This document shows positions 13,858-29,885 of a DNA stretch of 64,000 nt, piece by piece (position 1 is the stretch's first letter; each line of letters begins with the position of its first letter). This DNA is from Octopus vulgaris (taxonomy: Eukaryota): contig OX597818.1 of NCBI GenBank assembly GCA_951406725.2, forward strand, positions 68,634,001 to 68,698,000, in the 5' to 3' direction. The translations under genes were made by a program, and so were the position numbers. The notes under the pieces are model-generated. The model was not told the origin of the DNA. It saw nothing but the letters and a program-made list of their open reading frames with translations, and did not search any database.

Positions 13858-14455
13858 TGTAGTGATATTACAACGGCGTGCGCTCGCGCACCGCCCATTT
13901 GTATTTCGCGCGTGTTGGTGCCTTTACCAAGGCACAGAAAGGAAGGCCCCTCTCGCGCATGCGCGAACCACCGGTAGCACGACCCTATTGCCTACGTAGC
14001 AGTTAGCGAGGCAAGGGGGTCGTAGAACGTTTGACCGCTAGCAGCAGCAGCCAAGGACTTGGGACCCAGCGATTGAAGGCGGCGGTCACGCATATATTCT
14101 CTCCGTCAGGATTAGATTCTAGCAGTCCTTTGGCCGAAGACTTTTAACCAAAATTGTTGCAGACCAACATCGTCTCCATTGTTCGACGCCATCTTGACCC
14201 CTTTCTGTTTTGGGCTGAAGATTGTAAATATTACAATCTATTAACTTTCAGCCTTGCGCGCCCAGAATCAAGGACATCAGATAACACACTTATTGTTATT
14301 GCTTACCAAGAAAGAGAATAAAGTAGTTATATGTATATTTTACGTCTGCGTCCTGTTTGTTTCTGACTAGTAGAGATTTGGATTATTAAGTAACGGCTAG
14401 TGAGTGATTGCTTTGTGCACCCCAAAAGTGCACAAGAGATATTCACACATCACTA
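13858..14455 (+). mobile_element. Putative solo LTR
   Basis: Begins tgtagtgat and ends atcacta (inverted termini; terminal CA not intact); CpG-rich unlike its flanks; TATA-like catatatt at ~14091 and aataaa at ~14317. Confidence 0.6.
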
Positions 14456-16146
14456 AGTTCGTTTCAAGACTATACATTTGTTGCTTCAGTATCAACGCTC
14501 ACAATTCTTCTTTCACCTTTGCACTATGCAAACCGACTTGTTTTCTATATCGATAAAACCAGCTATTGCTGATATTTTGAAGCGGTCCCAGGCCAGCAAT
14601 GTTTGGGGTCTGAAGATATGCCATAAGGCTAAACCCTTATGAGCAAGAAACACAGGGTAACCCCATAAACCGGTCTCCCCCCTCTATAATATTAACTGCT
14701 CTACATCTTAGAATGTGTTTCTCCTCCGAATTTCTGTATTTCTACAAATGATACACACACACACACACACGTACTCAGAAGCTTGTTTGTTATGGCCAGT
14801 CACAGAGTTACCATTGGTTTTTTGTACCGTTTAGCATATAATTATTGCTGTTATTATTTGTAAAAGACCAACAAAGTCTAAACAGTTTTTTGCTCTAATA
14901 AAATCTGTTAATCGTTCATGAAAGTTGTCAGTTACTTTTTCATTCAAACCAAGAAACACTTTTTCATTCCCCAACCCAACAACAGCAGCTATTACCATAA
15001 GTGCAGCAGCAGCAACAACAACAACAACACGTAAACATACTCTTGTGACACCTGTAAAAGGGTCTGACTTCTCTTCAAACTAAAAGCTAAAAAAAAAATA
15101 CTATGATTTTAAGGAAGTTTTTGTTCCTTTTTCTAGCAATTTCAGAGACCATATTGAGATTCCCTTAATTTACTTTATCTTTAATAACTCAATGAAATGC
15201 CAATTGACTGTAATTTGTCAAGTGACACACACCATTGAACTTTAGCAATAAATCCTTGACTACAACACAACGAAGAATTGGCACTTTTAGATTCCCTGCT
15301 GTTTCTTGTTTTTGTTGTAGTTTCAAACCCAGATGAGGTTAATTTTACGTTTTTATCCATCAGAGTTGATAAAACAAACTGTCGGTTTAACAAGATGATA
15401 ATTCAATAGATTATGCCATCCTTTTAATGAAGAAATTGGCCTTGTAATTAGTGGAAACGAATTGATTTTTGTCCCTCTAATATCCTATATCAGCATAATT
15501 TGATTTGATTTCATTTAATCTCCAAGTTACAATGATTTTTCTTTTTTAAATTAATTTGTCAAGAGAGAGAGAGAGAGGAAGGAAAGAGGTGGGTTGGAAT
15601 GGTGCAAGATCCCATGTTTTTTATTGATTTATGCAAAGTGTCTGAAGAATCTGGCCAGTAGTTCTTGCATCATCTTAGTATTATGGACATATCTGAAGTA
15701 TTCTGTTGATTATTAATTAATGGCATGATATTTGGTGTGTGATGGGGGTGGGACATTCGCTCTGCATTAATGTGAAAGTGTTGCAGTGTTCTTTAAGAAG
15801 CTTTGCAGACAGGGATGTGCAGTTAAGAAAGTAACTTTAAAGTTATGGGGGTTTAGGTTCAATTCCACTATACACCACCTTCTTTAGGCAAGTATTTTTT
15901 TAATTCTCATTCTGGAAAGATCATCACTTTTGCAGTGGAATTTGGTAAATGGAGATTGTATTGAAGCTTTCATTATATGTGCAGATGTAGCTGTGTGGTA
16001 AGAAGCTTATTTCTCAACCACATGGTTCTGCAGTGTAATTGCCATGCAATAACCAACACTTGTGTATTTATAATTGGGTACGTACCAACAGTATATTGGA
16101 TAGATACTATCCCTTAGTTGGTTGGATTCACAACCTCTAACTCTCT

Positions 16147-16199
<53 letters not shown>

Positions 16200-16539
16200 T
16201 AAATATATATGTATGTATACTTATATATGCATGTGTAATGACATGCCCAACATATTCAAATGCAGTTAGATGTGATAACAGTTTTCACTGCAGGAACAGT
16301 CTCAGGTGTAATTGCTCCACTTAGACTTGAATAAATGCATATTTTATTTTGAGCTGTGAGTGACGTCATTGCATCATAAAACAAATTCATTCTTGCACCT
16401 GACAGTCGCACAATTGCTTCATAGCTTATGCAGTTTCCTCAAAATATCAAACATTTATTTATATAAATCTCATTCACTCTACTCTTTTCTCGTATTGAGT
16501 TCTGTTTTTGAGCTACCAGCAAATATCTGGAATTCTAGA

Positions 16540-17660
16540 CGGCACAAACATTTTCACAATACACACCAATTTAGTTGTCCAAATATATGTTCAAGCTAAA
16601 GCATATTATGGTAACAACTTCCAGAATTTTCTGATGAAAAATTGGAAATGATACTTAGATGACTGCCTTATTCTGCCAACATAAAACCTAGATGGACTCA
16701 ATGATTTCAAATTCTTACTCAATAGCATCAAGAACAGTATTCAATTCACCATAAAATTTTGTCAGAAAGAAATACCCACTTAGACATTTTGATTGTTAAG
16801 AAGGACTTGAACATAGAAATCAAGATCTGCAACAAGCCAACAGACACTAAACAGCACCTACTATTTTCTTTACGCCACCCAAAACATACTACAAAGCAAT
16901 ATTCCATTTACTCATACCAAAGCTTGAAAAATCTGAACAATTGTCTCCAATCCCGATGTTCAGAATAAAAGACTCCTTGAATTAAAACAGGTTCTTCTTG
17001 AGAGGAGATATCCATCTCTTCTAATAGACAATGGAAGAGAAAATGCTGAAGCAATAGGCATCGAAGAATTAAGAAAAGCCAAAACTGTTCAGGTACATCC
17101 AAAACTCTATCTTCAATTACAACACGCAACCCAAGAAGCATAGAGACCTTCAGCATTATACACCAGAACATGCATTTATTGAGCTAAGACCCAAAAATGC
17201 AAAAGACATTTGAATCATACAAAATAATCAAATGCAAAAAGGCACCCAAAGTAAAAAAACAAAAGCAAGACTTCTTAAAAGCACAAAAACATGGATTCAA
17301 CTCCAACGGTTAAAAAGTGTGGCTAATCCAAGCATGGGACTTGTGAAAACCTTATTAAGGACACAACTTATAAATTCAAACCAGGACAAGATTCTTTTGT
17401 GAAAAACCATTTTACTTGTTGCCTCTAAAAATTTAGTTTATGCCGTCAACTGCAATAGGTGCAGGGAAGACTACATTATACAAACAAGAATTACTTTAAG
17501 AATGAGATTAAATATTCATCATCAACAAATGTGAGTTCCCAAAACTAGACAAATTTCAATTAATGAACATTTGGACACTTGAAAACAAAATCTCCCAAAT
17601 TTCGCGTCTTCCCACTCTATCAATGTACAGACAATACCCCAGACCAAAGAAAATTTAATA
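16540..17660 (+). pseudogene. Degenerate Penelope-like element: RT thumb and GIY-YIG endonuclease
   Basis: Fragments WK*YLDDC (RT catalytic motif), KPTDTKQHLLFSLRHPKHT (thumb) and NLVYAVNCNRCREDYIIQT...LRMRLNIHHQQ (GIY-YIG); many stops and frameshifts. Confidence 0.85.
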
Positions 17661-18683
17661 AGGAAATGATAATTACTAGGCTTACAAAGACTAAGTCCTG
17701 GAGTCAATTTCTTCAACAAAAAGGTGGCCAGCATGACCACAGTCAAATGACTGAAGCAAAGAAAAGAATATACACGTGTTTATGCTTGTGTGTGTGCATG
17801 TGTGTTTGTGTTTGTGTGCATATATATGTGAATATATATTTGTGTATATATGTGTATATATACATACATACATGAAATAAACCATTTTTGTGGTAGTACT
17901 CAAAATAGATAGAACTATAGAGAACACCATGTAGAGTATGGACTTTAAAAATTCTTGGGTGGAAAAAGTTGAAGCGTATTCTACAGACTGAGATTCTGAT
18001 ATTAAAAGTAAATTACACAATCCAAAGTTTATGAACATAATTAATGATGCTTTATGATAAAATAGCAATTAATGTTTTGTTAAGCAGTTAATCTGACAGC
18101 ACTTATTCCCTCTTCCGATGTATTGAGGCATCAGTTTCTCTGTGAGAGGGTCTTTCTTGGACAAAGTTTGATTTTAAATTCAGTCAAGTGCATATAGGCC
18201 CTCATTCCTGCCAGTAAGCTGGTAAACTTGGATGGGGGAAGAGGTTCCTGATGACATGATCCTGAGACTGGGGGTAAAGGGTCACATGAGACCAGTTGCA
18301 GGTAAGAATTGCACCAGATTTTAAACGTATCACATTTTGTTTCATTCATGTTTATCTGAGTATTACATGGCCCCATCAATTCTCCAAGACTTTCAAAGGA
18401 TAATGAAGAAGAGGAGAGAAACAAATGAAATCCTGGTCCAACAGGTTTCATTAAAGAATACAGGACTCGGGGGCGATATTTGAGTAAGGGGGCATTTAAA
18501 GGAGCACAAGCAATAGTTGGCTGCTTTAGAAAATGATGAGGGAGAGAAGGAAGAGGAAGGGGTGATGTTGGCATTGGTGGTGGAGGTAGTGGCTGTGGTG
18601 GTGGTGGTGGTAGCGAAGGTGGTTGTGGTCATGGTGGTGGCGGTGGTGATAGTAACAATAGCACTAGTGATCACATTGACAAT

Positions 18684-21198
<2,515 letters not shown>

Positions 21199-21466
21199 GT
21201 GAGGACAAACTATAAATATACCGTTTCTATTTGTGGAATATATTATTATTAAACTATAAAAGTATTGCAATCACAGAGGGAGAAAGAGAAAGAGAGGGGA
21301 GAGAGAAAGAGAGGGAGAGATAGAGGGGGAGAGAGAGAGAGAGTTGTTTTAACATTCAAAGTATCTCTACGGAAGGAACCTTCCGTAACTTTTGTCACGT
21401 TGTTGTTGTCATTGTTGTCAATGCTGTTGTTTCTGTTGCTCATGTTACTGTTTGTATTATTAGCAT

Positions 21467-21508
21467 TATCAGTTATTATTATTATTATTATTATTATTAT
21501 TGTTGTTG

Positions 21509-21540
<32 letters not shown>

Positions 21541-21550
21541 GTGGTGGTTG

Positions 21551-21584
<34 letters not shown>

Positions 21585-21626
21585 CAGTTATTATTATTAT
21601 TATTATTATTATTATTGTGGTGGTTG

Positions 21627-21660
<34 letters not shown>

Positions 21661-21699
21661 CAGTTATTATTATTATTATTATTATTATTATTGTGGTGG

Positions 21700-21734
<35 letters not shown>

Positions 21735-21744
21735 GTGGTGGTTG

Positions 21745-21778
<34 letters not shown>

Positions 21779-21820
21779 CAGTTATTATTATTATTATTAT
21801 TATTATTATTGTGGTGGTTG

Positions 21821-21854
<34 letters not shown>

Positions 21855-21896
21855 CAGTTATTATTATTATTATTATTATTATTATTGTGGTGGTTG

Positions 21897-21928
<32 letters not shown>

Positions 21929-21938
21929 GTGGTGGTTG

Positions 21939-21972
<34 letters not shown>

Positions 21973-21974
21973 CA

Positions 21975-22009
<35 letters not shown>

Positions 22010-22011
22010 CA

Positions 22012-22050
<39 letters not shown>

Positions 22051-22087
22051 GTGGTGGTTGTTGTTATTATTATTATTATTATTATCA

Positions 22088-22123
<36 letters not shown>

Positions 22124-22133
22124 GTGGTGGTTG

Positions 22134-22209
<76 letters not shown>

Positions 22210-22211
22210 CA

Positions 22212-22249
<38 letters not shown>

Positions 22250-22251
22250 CA

Positions 22252-22287
<36 letters not shown>

Positions 22288-22324
22288 GTGGTGGTTGTTG
22301 TTATTATTATTATTATTATTATCA

Positions 22325-22362
<38 letters not shown>

Positions 22363-22364
22363 CA

Positions 22365-22402
<38 letters not shown>

Positions 22403-22465
22403 CAGTTGTTATTATTATTATTATTACCAGTTATTATTATTATCAGTTGTTATTATTATTATTAA
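21467..22465. repeat. Higher-order (ATT)n minisatellite with recurring atcagtt and gtggtggttgtt spacers
   Basis: Directly visible. Confidence 0.93.
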
Positions 22466-22914
22466 TTCACCCAACATCCCATTATCAGCAAACAAACCAG
22501 AAGATGCCTGATTCTTGGAATAATCCTGCTTCGTTTTCACTGTTTCCGTCCGTTTATATGGTCAAGCAGCATCTTTGTGGAAGGGATTCTGGAAATTCAG
22601 CTTCCATTCAATATTCTTCAATGTCTCTAGGGATAAACAATTGTAGATCAGAATCTCTTTCTTGAATGAAACATTGGGGAGGGGAGGAGGAGATTAGAAT
22701 ATTAAAATAAAATAAAAATAGTAATAATTTCCTAACAAAACTCACAACAATAACAACAATAACAAGGTATTTCAAAAAGAGACTTTTATATAGAAGAATG
22801 CAAATCATTCCTTCCAGTCAGAAAGTGAATTTATTTATTTTAATTTTGTTTGGCAAATATTCCGACAGAAATTAGCCATTTATGTATGAATTTCAAATAT
22901 GCACTAATGGAAAG

Positions 22915-22918
<4 letters not shown>

Positions 22919-22968
<50 letters not shown>

Positions 22969-23009
22969 ATGTACATATGTATATGTATGTGTATATATAT
23001 GCATGTATG

Positions 23010-23088
<79 letters not shown>

Positions 23089-23477
23089 GTGTTTGTGTGT
23101 GTGTATCAGCATATATATATTGTATATGATATATATACATATATCATTCATATATATGTGTATGTGTGTGTGTGAGTATGTATGTATGTATGCATATATG
23201 TATGTAATATATATATATATGTATATATTTGTATATATTTATATATATATGTATATATATATATGCATATATAAACATATATTTATATATTATATGTTTA
23301 TATATATATATATATATATATATCATGATTAAATATATATAATATATATATTTATATATACACAAATATGTTTATATTCTATATATATATGTGTGTGTGT
23401 GTCCTGTGCATGTGTTTATATATATGTATTTGTGCGTATGTGTATATATATATATAAATTCTCACTATATATATATA

Positions 23478-23527
<50 letters not shown>

Positions 23528-23573
23528 GACAGACAGACATGTGTATGCATGTATGAAAATATATAGTTATGTA

Positions 23574-23613
<40 letters not shown>

Positions 23614-23645
23614 TGAACACACACATGTGTATAAATGTGTGTGAA

Positions 23646-23692
<47 letters not shown>

Positions 23693-23695
23693 ATG
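22919..23695. repeat. (AT)n/(GT)n/(AC)n microsatellite field
   Basis: Directly visible. Confidence 0.9.
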
Positions 23696-24929
23696 AGTGT
23701 GTGTTTGTATGTATTTAACCGTAAATTGTACCCCCTTCAAGACAATTATGATGTTATTCAGTTTATATTATACCATTTCAGCTGCTGCTGCTGCTGCTAC
23801 TACTACTACTACCACTAATGTTACTATGACTAATACCACCACAACCACCACCACCACCACCAGCAGCACAAGACAATAATAATAATTTCTTTGTTATTTA
23901 TTTATCTATGTATATTTTTAATAAGGATAATAGACAGTAATGATAGAGCAAGAACATAGCGATACTACGGCGGCTGCTGCCGATGCTGCCGATGCTGCAA
24001 TTGCTACTACTACTACTACTACTACTACTACTATTTGTTTATTAATTTGTTGCTCTCACTCGATACAAAGATGTATTCTAAAGTGGGGAAAATGTTCAAA
24101 GAGGTAAACAATACTGTGCAACTCAGTAAGGAACCTTCCGTAACTTTTATCACGTTGTTGTTGTTGTTGTCTTTGCTGTTGTTTTTGTTAGTGTTGTTCA
24201 TGCGACTGTTTGTATTATTAGCATCATCAGTTATTATTATTATTATTATTATTAATTATTATTATTATTGTTATTATTATTATTATTATTATTATTGTTA
24301 TTATTATTATTATTATTATTGTTGTTATTATTATTATTATTATTAGTATTGTTGTTGTTGTTGTTGTTGTTGTTGTTATTATTATTATTGTTATTATTAA
24401 TATTTTTGTTGTTGTTGTTAATATTGTCTTTTATCTTTTATGTTCCAACAAAATATCGCCACGCACTCACATACAAACTCGAACACGTACAAATTTGGGC
24501 ACATACAAACAACACTTACTCGTGCACACATGCACATACACACACACACCCACACGCACACGCACACACACACACACACACACAGAGTAAACACACAAGC
24601 ACAAGAGGTAAATTTGTGACAAGAGAGTAGGACGGTGTGGTGAGACTGGTGAATATTAAAAGGAATTATCGACAATAACAACAACACCAAAAACAACAGA
24701 GAAATTTTCCAAACAAGAAAAACCAAAATCTGTTCTTTTATAGCTTCACTCTCTAACTCTCTCCATTGGGTTCTCCCTAATATTTCATGCAATATGCAAA
24801 TACAGACATGAGTTTAAATTTGTGTTTCTAATTAGCAACTTTTCTGACTCATTAGTTGCTGCTCGTTTGGAACTGGTAGCGTAAAATTCCTATTACCCAA
24901 GCTATTTTCCAAGCCCCACCCTCTCTCTC

Positions 24930-24960
<31 letters not shown>

Positions 24961-25595
24961 TCCTTTCTCACACACTTTCATACACATACATGCATACACA
25001 CATAAACACACATACACACACATACACTCACATACATACACATGAACACACATATGCACTTACATATATACATATACACACGCATACACACATACACACG
25101 TGTGCACACATACACACACACAGGTAGCAGTGACACCATATACGCACATTATGTTGAAATATAAGAGGGTGAAATGTGGCGAGATTACAAAGATGGCAAT
25201 AAATGATATTTTCAAAGCTTTTAATAGATAAATAAATTATAATACTTTGAAATTTATACACAAAATATGAAAAGCAGAAATATGATAAAAGAAAAAGCAA
25301 CACTTTATTGTGCATGTACGTGTGTGTATGTATGTTTGAGTTTGTGTATGCGTATGTGTGCATATATATGTGTGTGTGTGTGTATGTATATGTACATACA
25401 TATATATATATATATGTATATATATACATACATATATATATATCTATATACATATATATATATATATACATGTATATATACATATATATAGATAGATAGA
25501 TATACATACACATATATATACATATATATAAACATATACATATACATATGCATATATGTATATATACATATATGCATATATATATATGTATCTAT

Positions 25596-27185
25596 CAGAA
25601 CTGGAGCAGAAGTTCCAGGTGTGGAAGGAGGGTTTAGAATCGAGGGGCCTTAGAGTCAACCTAGCTAAAACCAAAGTACTAATAAGTAGAAAGGTAGACA
25701 ATCCACAAATATCCTCAGGAAGATGGCCCTGCTCGATCTGTAGAAAAGGTGTAGGTAGAAACTCTATAAGATGTACTCAGTGTAAGCTATGGACACATAA
25801 GAGGTGCAGCAATGTCAAAGGTAGGCTAACTGGGAAGATAGTTTTTGTATGTGGCAGATGCTCGGGAGCATTGACCTCCGAAAATCTGCAGAAAACAACT
25901 TCCGTCACTTTCCGGGGGGAAAAACTAGAAGTAGTTGATAGCTTCCATTCTCTAGGTGACCAAGTCAGTAGTTGGGGTGGGTGCGCTGAAAGTGTAACTG
26001 CTAGAATAAGAATAGCCTGGGCAAAGTTTAGGGAGCTCTTACCTCTGCTGGTGACTAAAGGCCTCTCGCTCAGAGTAAAAGGCAGACTGTATGATGCATG
26101 TGTACAAACAGCTATGCTACATGGCAGTGAAACATGGGCCGTGACTGCTGAGGACATGCGTAAGCTCGTGAGGAATGAAGCCAGTATGCTCCGATGGATG
26201 TGTAATGTCAGTGTACTTACTCGACAGAGCGTTAGTACCTTGAGAGAAATGTTGTACCTAAGAAGCATCAGTTGTGGTGTGCAAGAGAGACGATTGCGCT
26301 GGTATGGTCATGTGGCGAGAATGGATGAAGATAGGTGTGTGAGAAAGTGCCAATCCCTAGCAGTTGAGGGAACCCGTGGAAGAGGTAGACCCAGGAAAAC
26401 CTGGGACGAGGTGGTGCAGCACGACCTTCGGACGTTAGGTCTCACCATGGAAATGACTAGAGACCGAGACCTATGGAAGTATGCTGTGCGTGAGAAGACC
26501 CGGCAAGACTAGTGAAGCCATATCCCGTGGCCCCTACCTGGGACGTAGTCAATCCACCTGTGCATACCTTCCTTATTGTGACACTTGAAAAGACCTGTTG
26601 AGGCAAGTGAAAATCAAAACCAAATCAAAATAGATGTACATCAATGGAATTTGTATCCTTTATGGTACCAGTGCCGGTGGCACATAAGAAAACCATCTGA
26701 ACGTGACTGTAGCCAGTACCGCATCGACTGGCCTCCGTGCTGAGGGCACGTAACAAACACCATCTGAGCGTGGCCGTTCGCCAGCCTCATCTGGCACCTG
26801 TGCCGGTGACACATAAGAAAACACCATCCGAGCGTGGCCGTCTGCCAGCCTCGTCTGGCACCTGTGTCGGTGACAAAAAAAAAACACCATCCGAGCGTGG
26901 CCGTCTGCCAGCCTCGTCTGGCACCTGTGTCGGTGGCACATAAAAAACACCATCCGAGCATGGCCGTCTGCCAGCCTCGTCTGGCACCTGTGTCGGTGGC
27001 ACATAAAATCACCCACTACACTCTCGGAGTGGTTGGCGTTAGGAAGGGCATCCAGCTGTAGAAACACTGCCAGATCTGACTGGCCTGGTGCAGCCTTTGG
27101 GCTTGCCAGACCCCAGTTGAACCGTCCAACCCATGCTAGCATGGAAAGCGGACGTTAAACGATGATGATGATGATGATGATGATG
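25596..27185 (+). mobile_element. 5'-truncated RTE LINE: C-terminal ORF to 26512, 3' UTR with ~60-bp tandem repeats, (GAT)n tail
   Basis: ORF 25556-26512 gives GLRVNLAKTK, an inserted Cys-rich PHD-like finger (CSIC...CTQCKLWTHKRC...CGRC), MLHGSETW, RRLRWYGHVARM and RGRGRPRKTW, typical of RTE. The first ~13 codons are microsatellite. Confidence 0.93.
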
Positions 27186-27442
27186 TACATGTACGTACAT
27201 CTATACCCACATGATGGTGGCTGTCCACTTGCAACTGAGGAAGACAATATCTGACCTCAGCCCATACAGAATACCAGTAATACCCATGCATGAGGTCATT
27301 GGACCCACAGTCAATTTCCCCCATGTTTACACCCACAGCTTCCATGATGTGACACCAACCTACACAACTAGGTCAGCCTCATGGAGGTTGTTGGCTTAGT
27401 TGCTGTCAATTTAACCATGCAACAGGTTGGCATACATACATG

Positions 27443-27484
<42 letters not shown>

Positions 27485-28886
27485 CACACACACACATGCA
27501 TAGATACACACACACATGTATGGTGAAAGGGATGGCATCCAGCGAGAGAAAAATCTACTTTCATCTCATTGTTGCAAGCATGGAAAATTAGAGGCAACAA
27601 ATGAGTAGAAGGTGGAGATAGAGAAGAAAGAAGAGGAGGAGGAGGAGGAGAAGTAGGTGGTGTATATATATTATTGTTTATTTTGCATGTTTAACAAGTG
27701 TCAGCAACCATGGATCACCTATTTGCTTCTTCTTTTTTAATAATAATCATCATCATCATCATCATCCTTATTATAAATAAATTGCTACATGGCTTATTCA
27801 AGTGAAGTAATTCAGTTGGAATTATGCTTTCCACAATTTGACCCAAAACTATTTTTCACTTTTATTTCCTATAAAATGTATTAAAAAATTTCAGGATTAA
27901 TTTTATCTTCTGTTGTCTATGATTTGTACACTTATGGCTCATCCTGTTTATATAACCACGAGCCAATAAGTGATTGTCTGTGCGCTCACTGAATTTTCCT
28001 GCATTAGCAGCTAAACTCTCCTCAAATCTTATCACAGGATTAAATGGTGCTGCACATGTATCAAAACCATAGTGATATCTGTTTGGCAGCTGATGATGGG
28101 AATATACATTTATCATACTTGATTGTGAATTTCTTATAGCGTAATCTTTCATTCCTTTGAAGTGAAAAGTGCTTGTGCAGTCAGAGTTTGTGGCCATCAT
28201 GTTGCTATTCCTTCACATTTAATCTAATCAGGCTTGGTTAATGTTTAGGTATAGGTGTCTCATTTTTTAAGTTCTTTTGTACATTTTACTTTCTCAAGTA
28301 AAGGAAACAAAACCTGATAATGCAATCTAACATGCCAAAGGATGCTTGGAGCATCTTTGTTCATGGGTTACTTTGACTGGAGCCAAGCTGTAAAATAACA
28401 ATACACATGTTTCTTTGAATGCCTACCTTTGGCATTATTGTACAACAAACTTGTACGTCACTAAATGTCTATAACTTACACAACACCTGCCTCCATTTCC
28501 CTAAACATATCTGAATGAACTTCCATAATTCATGTGGTCCAGTCAATACACAGCAGTTTGGACAAAACTGATATTAATAAGTAGGAGATGCCTTTAATTA
28601 GGAAGGATTTTACTAAATTGTAGAAGTCGTCATTGTCGTATTGCAGACAAAATAAAATGGAATAAAACATTTCAAATCAATTTTTCTACTAAAATCAAAG
28701 AGAAATGGCAAGCACTGCTAAGTTTGGTTGCTGTAGATCGTTACTCTTTAATCTTTACTCAGAGTCATAATTCATTTATAAAGATTTTTAAAATTCTTTT
28801 ACTAGTTTCACTCATTAGTCATAGGATTGTAGCCAAATTGATAGTTTGCATAACAGAAGCACAATAGTGAGCTTGTATCTATTCCT

Positions 28887-28977
28887 GAACACTGACGAAG
28901 AATTGTACAAGATTATGTGATGTTTCAATGGCTATTTTGTGATTCTAAGGGCAATTCGACAAAATGTGTGCATGTTC
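28887..28977 (+). ncRNA. Degenerate hammerhead-like motif
   Basis: GAACA CUGACGA A GAAUUG...CAAUUC gacaaaa ugugugca UGUUC: stems I and II pair, but the GAAA box is disrupted. Confidence 0.45.
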
Positions 28978-29206
28978 TATAAAATTTTAAATACAGACAT
29001 GTTCTCTGTATTTCATTAATTCTTCAACATGACTCGTATTCTGCATTTTAGCCTATCATGAGATCCAGTGTCCTGTGTCATTCCACACAAGACACAGAAG
29101 TGGTGTTTGGGATCCTTTACTGACGCCAAACTTTGGTTACATGTTGCAATTCATAGTGAATATGTTCTTCTCACCCACCTTGCCCCTCCTCCTTTCTCCC
29201 TCTCCA

Positions 29207-29230
29207 TCTATCTATCTATCTATCTGTCTG

Positions 29231-29285
<55 letters not shown>

Positions 29286-29286
29286 C

Positions 29287-29378
<92 letters not shown>

Positions 29379-29410
29379 TATATATATATATATAGATATA
29401 GATATTTATA
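29207..29410. repeat. (TATC)n-(TA)n microsatellite
   Basis: Directly visible. Confidence 0.95.
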
Positions 29411-29501
29411 TTTCTCTCTTGCACTCGGTCTTCCTGTTTCTTGATGTGAACTTGTGTGGGAAGCAAATTTTGGTGTGTCTTGGGAGGGCTATTATACCAA
29501 T

Positions 29502-29885
29502 CGTGGAGGCACAATGGCCCAGTGGTTAGGGCAGCAGACTCACGGTCGTAGGATCACGATTTCAATTCCCTGACAGGGCATAGTGAGTGTTTATTGAGCA
29601 AAAACACCTGAAGCTCCACGAGGCTCCAGCAGGGGTGGGTGTTGAACTCTGCTGTACTCTTTAACCCCATCTTTCCCCACTCTTACTTCCTGTTTCTGTT
29701 GTACCTGTAATTCAAAGGGCCAGGCTTGTCACACTCTGTGTCATGCTTAATCTCCCCAAGAACTACGTTAAGGGTACACATGTCTGTGGAGTGCTCAGTC
29801 ACTTACACATTAATTTCACAAGCAGGCTATTCCGTTGATTGGATCAACTTGAACCCTCATCATCATAACCAACAGAGTGCCACCA
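29502..29885 (+). mobile_element. tRNA-derived SINE, family 3
   Basis: A box tggcccagtgg and B-box-like tttcaattccc; same head in reverse at ~55130-55275. Confidence 0.8.

Larger units (their letters stand above)
13108..14686. mobile_element. Non-autonomous DNA transposon with ~105-bp TIRs, carrying a nested RTE fragment and a solo LTR
   Basis: 13108-13212 (ggtttatggggttgcc...ccttatggcatatcttcagac...gctggcctg) is the reverse complement of ~14581-14686. Confidence 0.75.

Noticed and set aside
18131-18574. 147-aa minus-strand ORF and a caggtaag donor-like site
   Set aside because: No recognisable domain or consistent exon structure; it adjoins low-complexity sequence.
21265-22665. 466-aa ORF, and a repeat/spacer look suggestive of CRISPR
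   Set aside because: Low-complexity (ATT)n minisatellite with no unique spacers and no cas genes, in a eukaryotic context.
22467-22680. Possible minus-strand exon ending atgttgg|gtgaat
   Set aside because: Only short frames and a weak donor; unsupported without transcript data.
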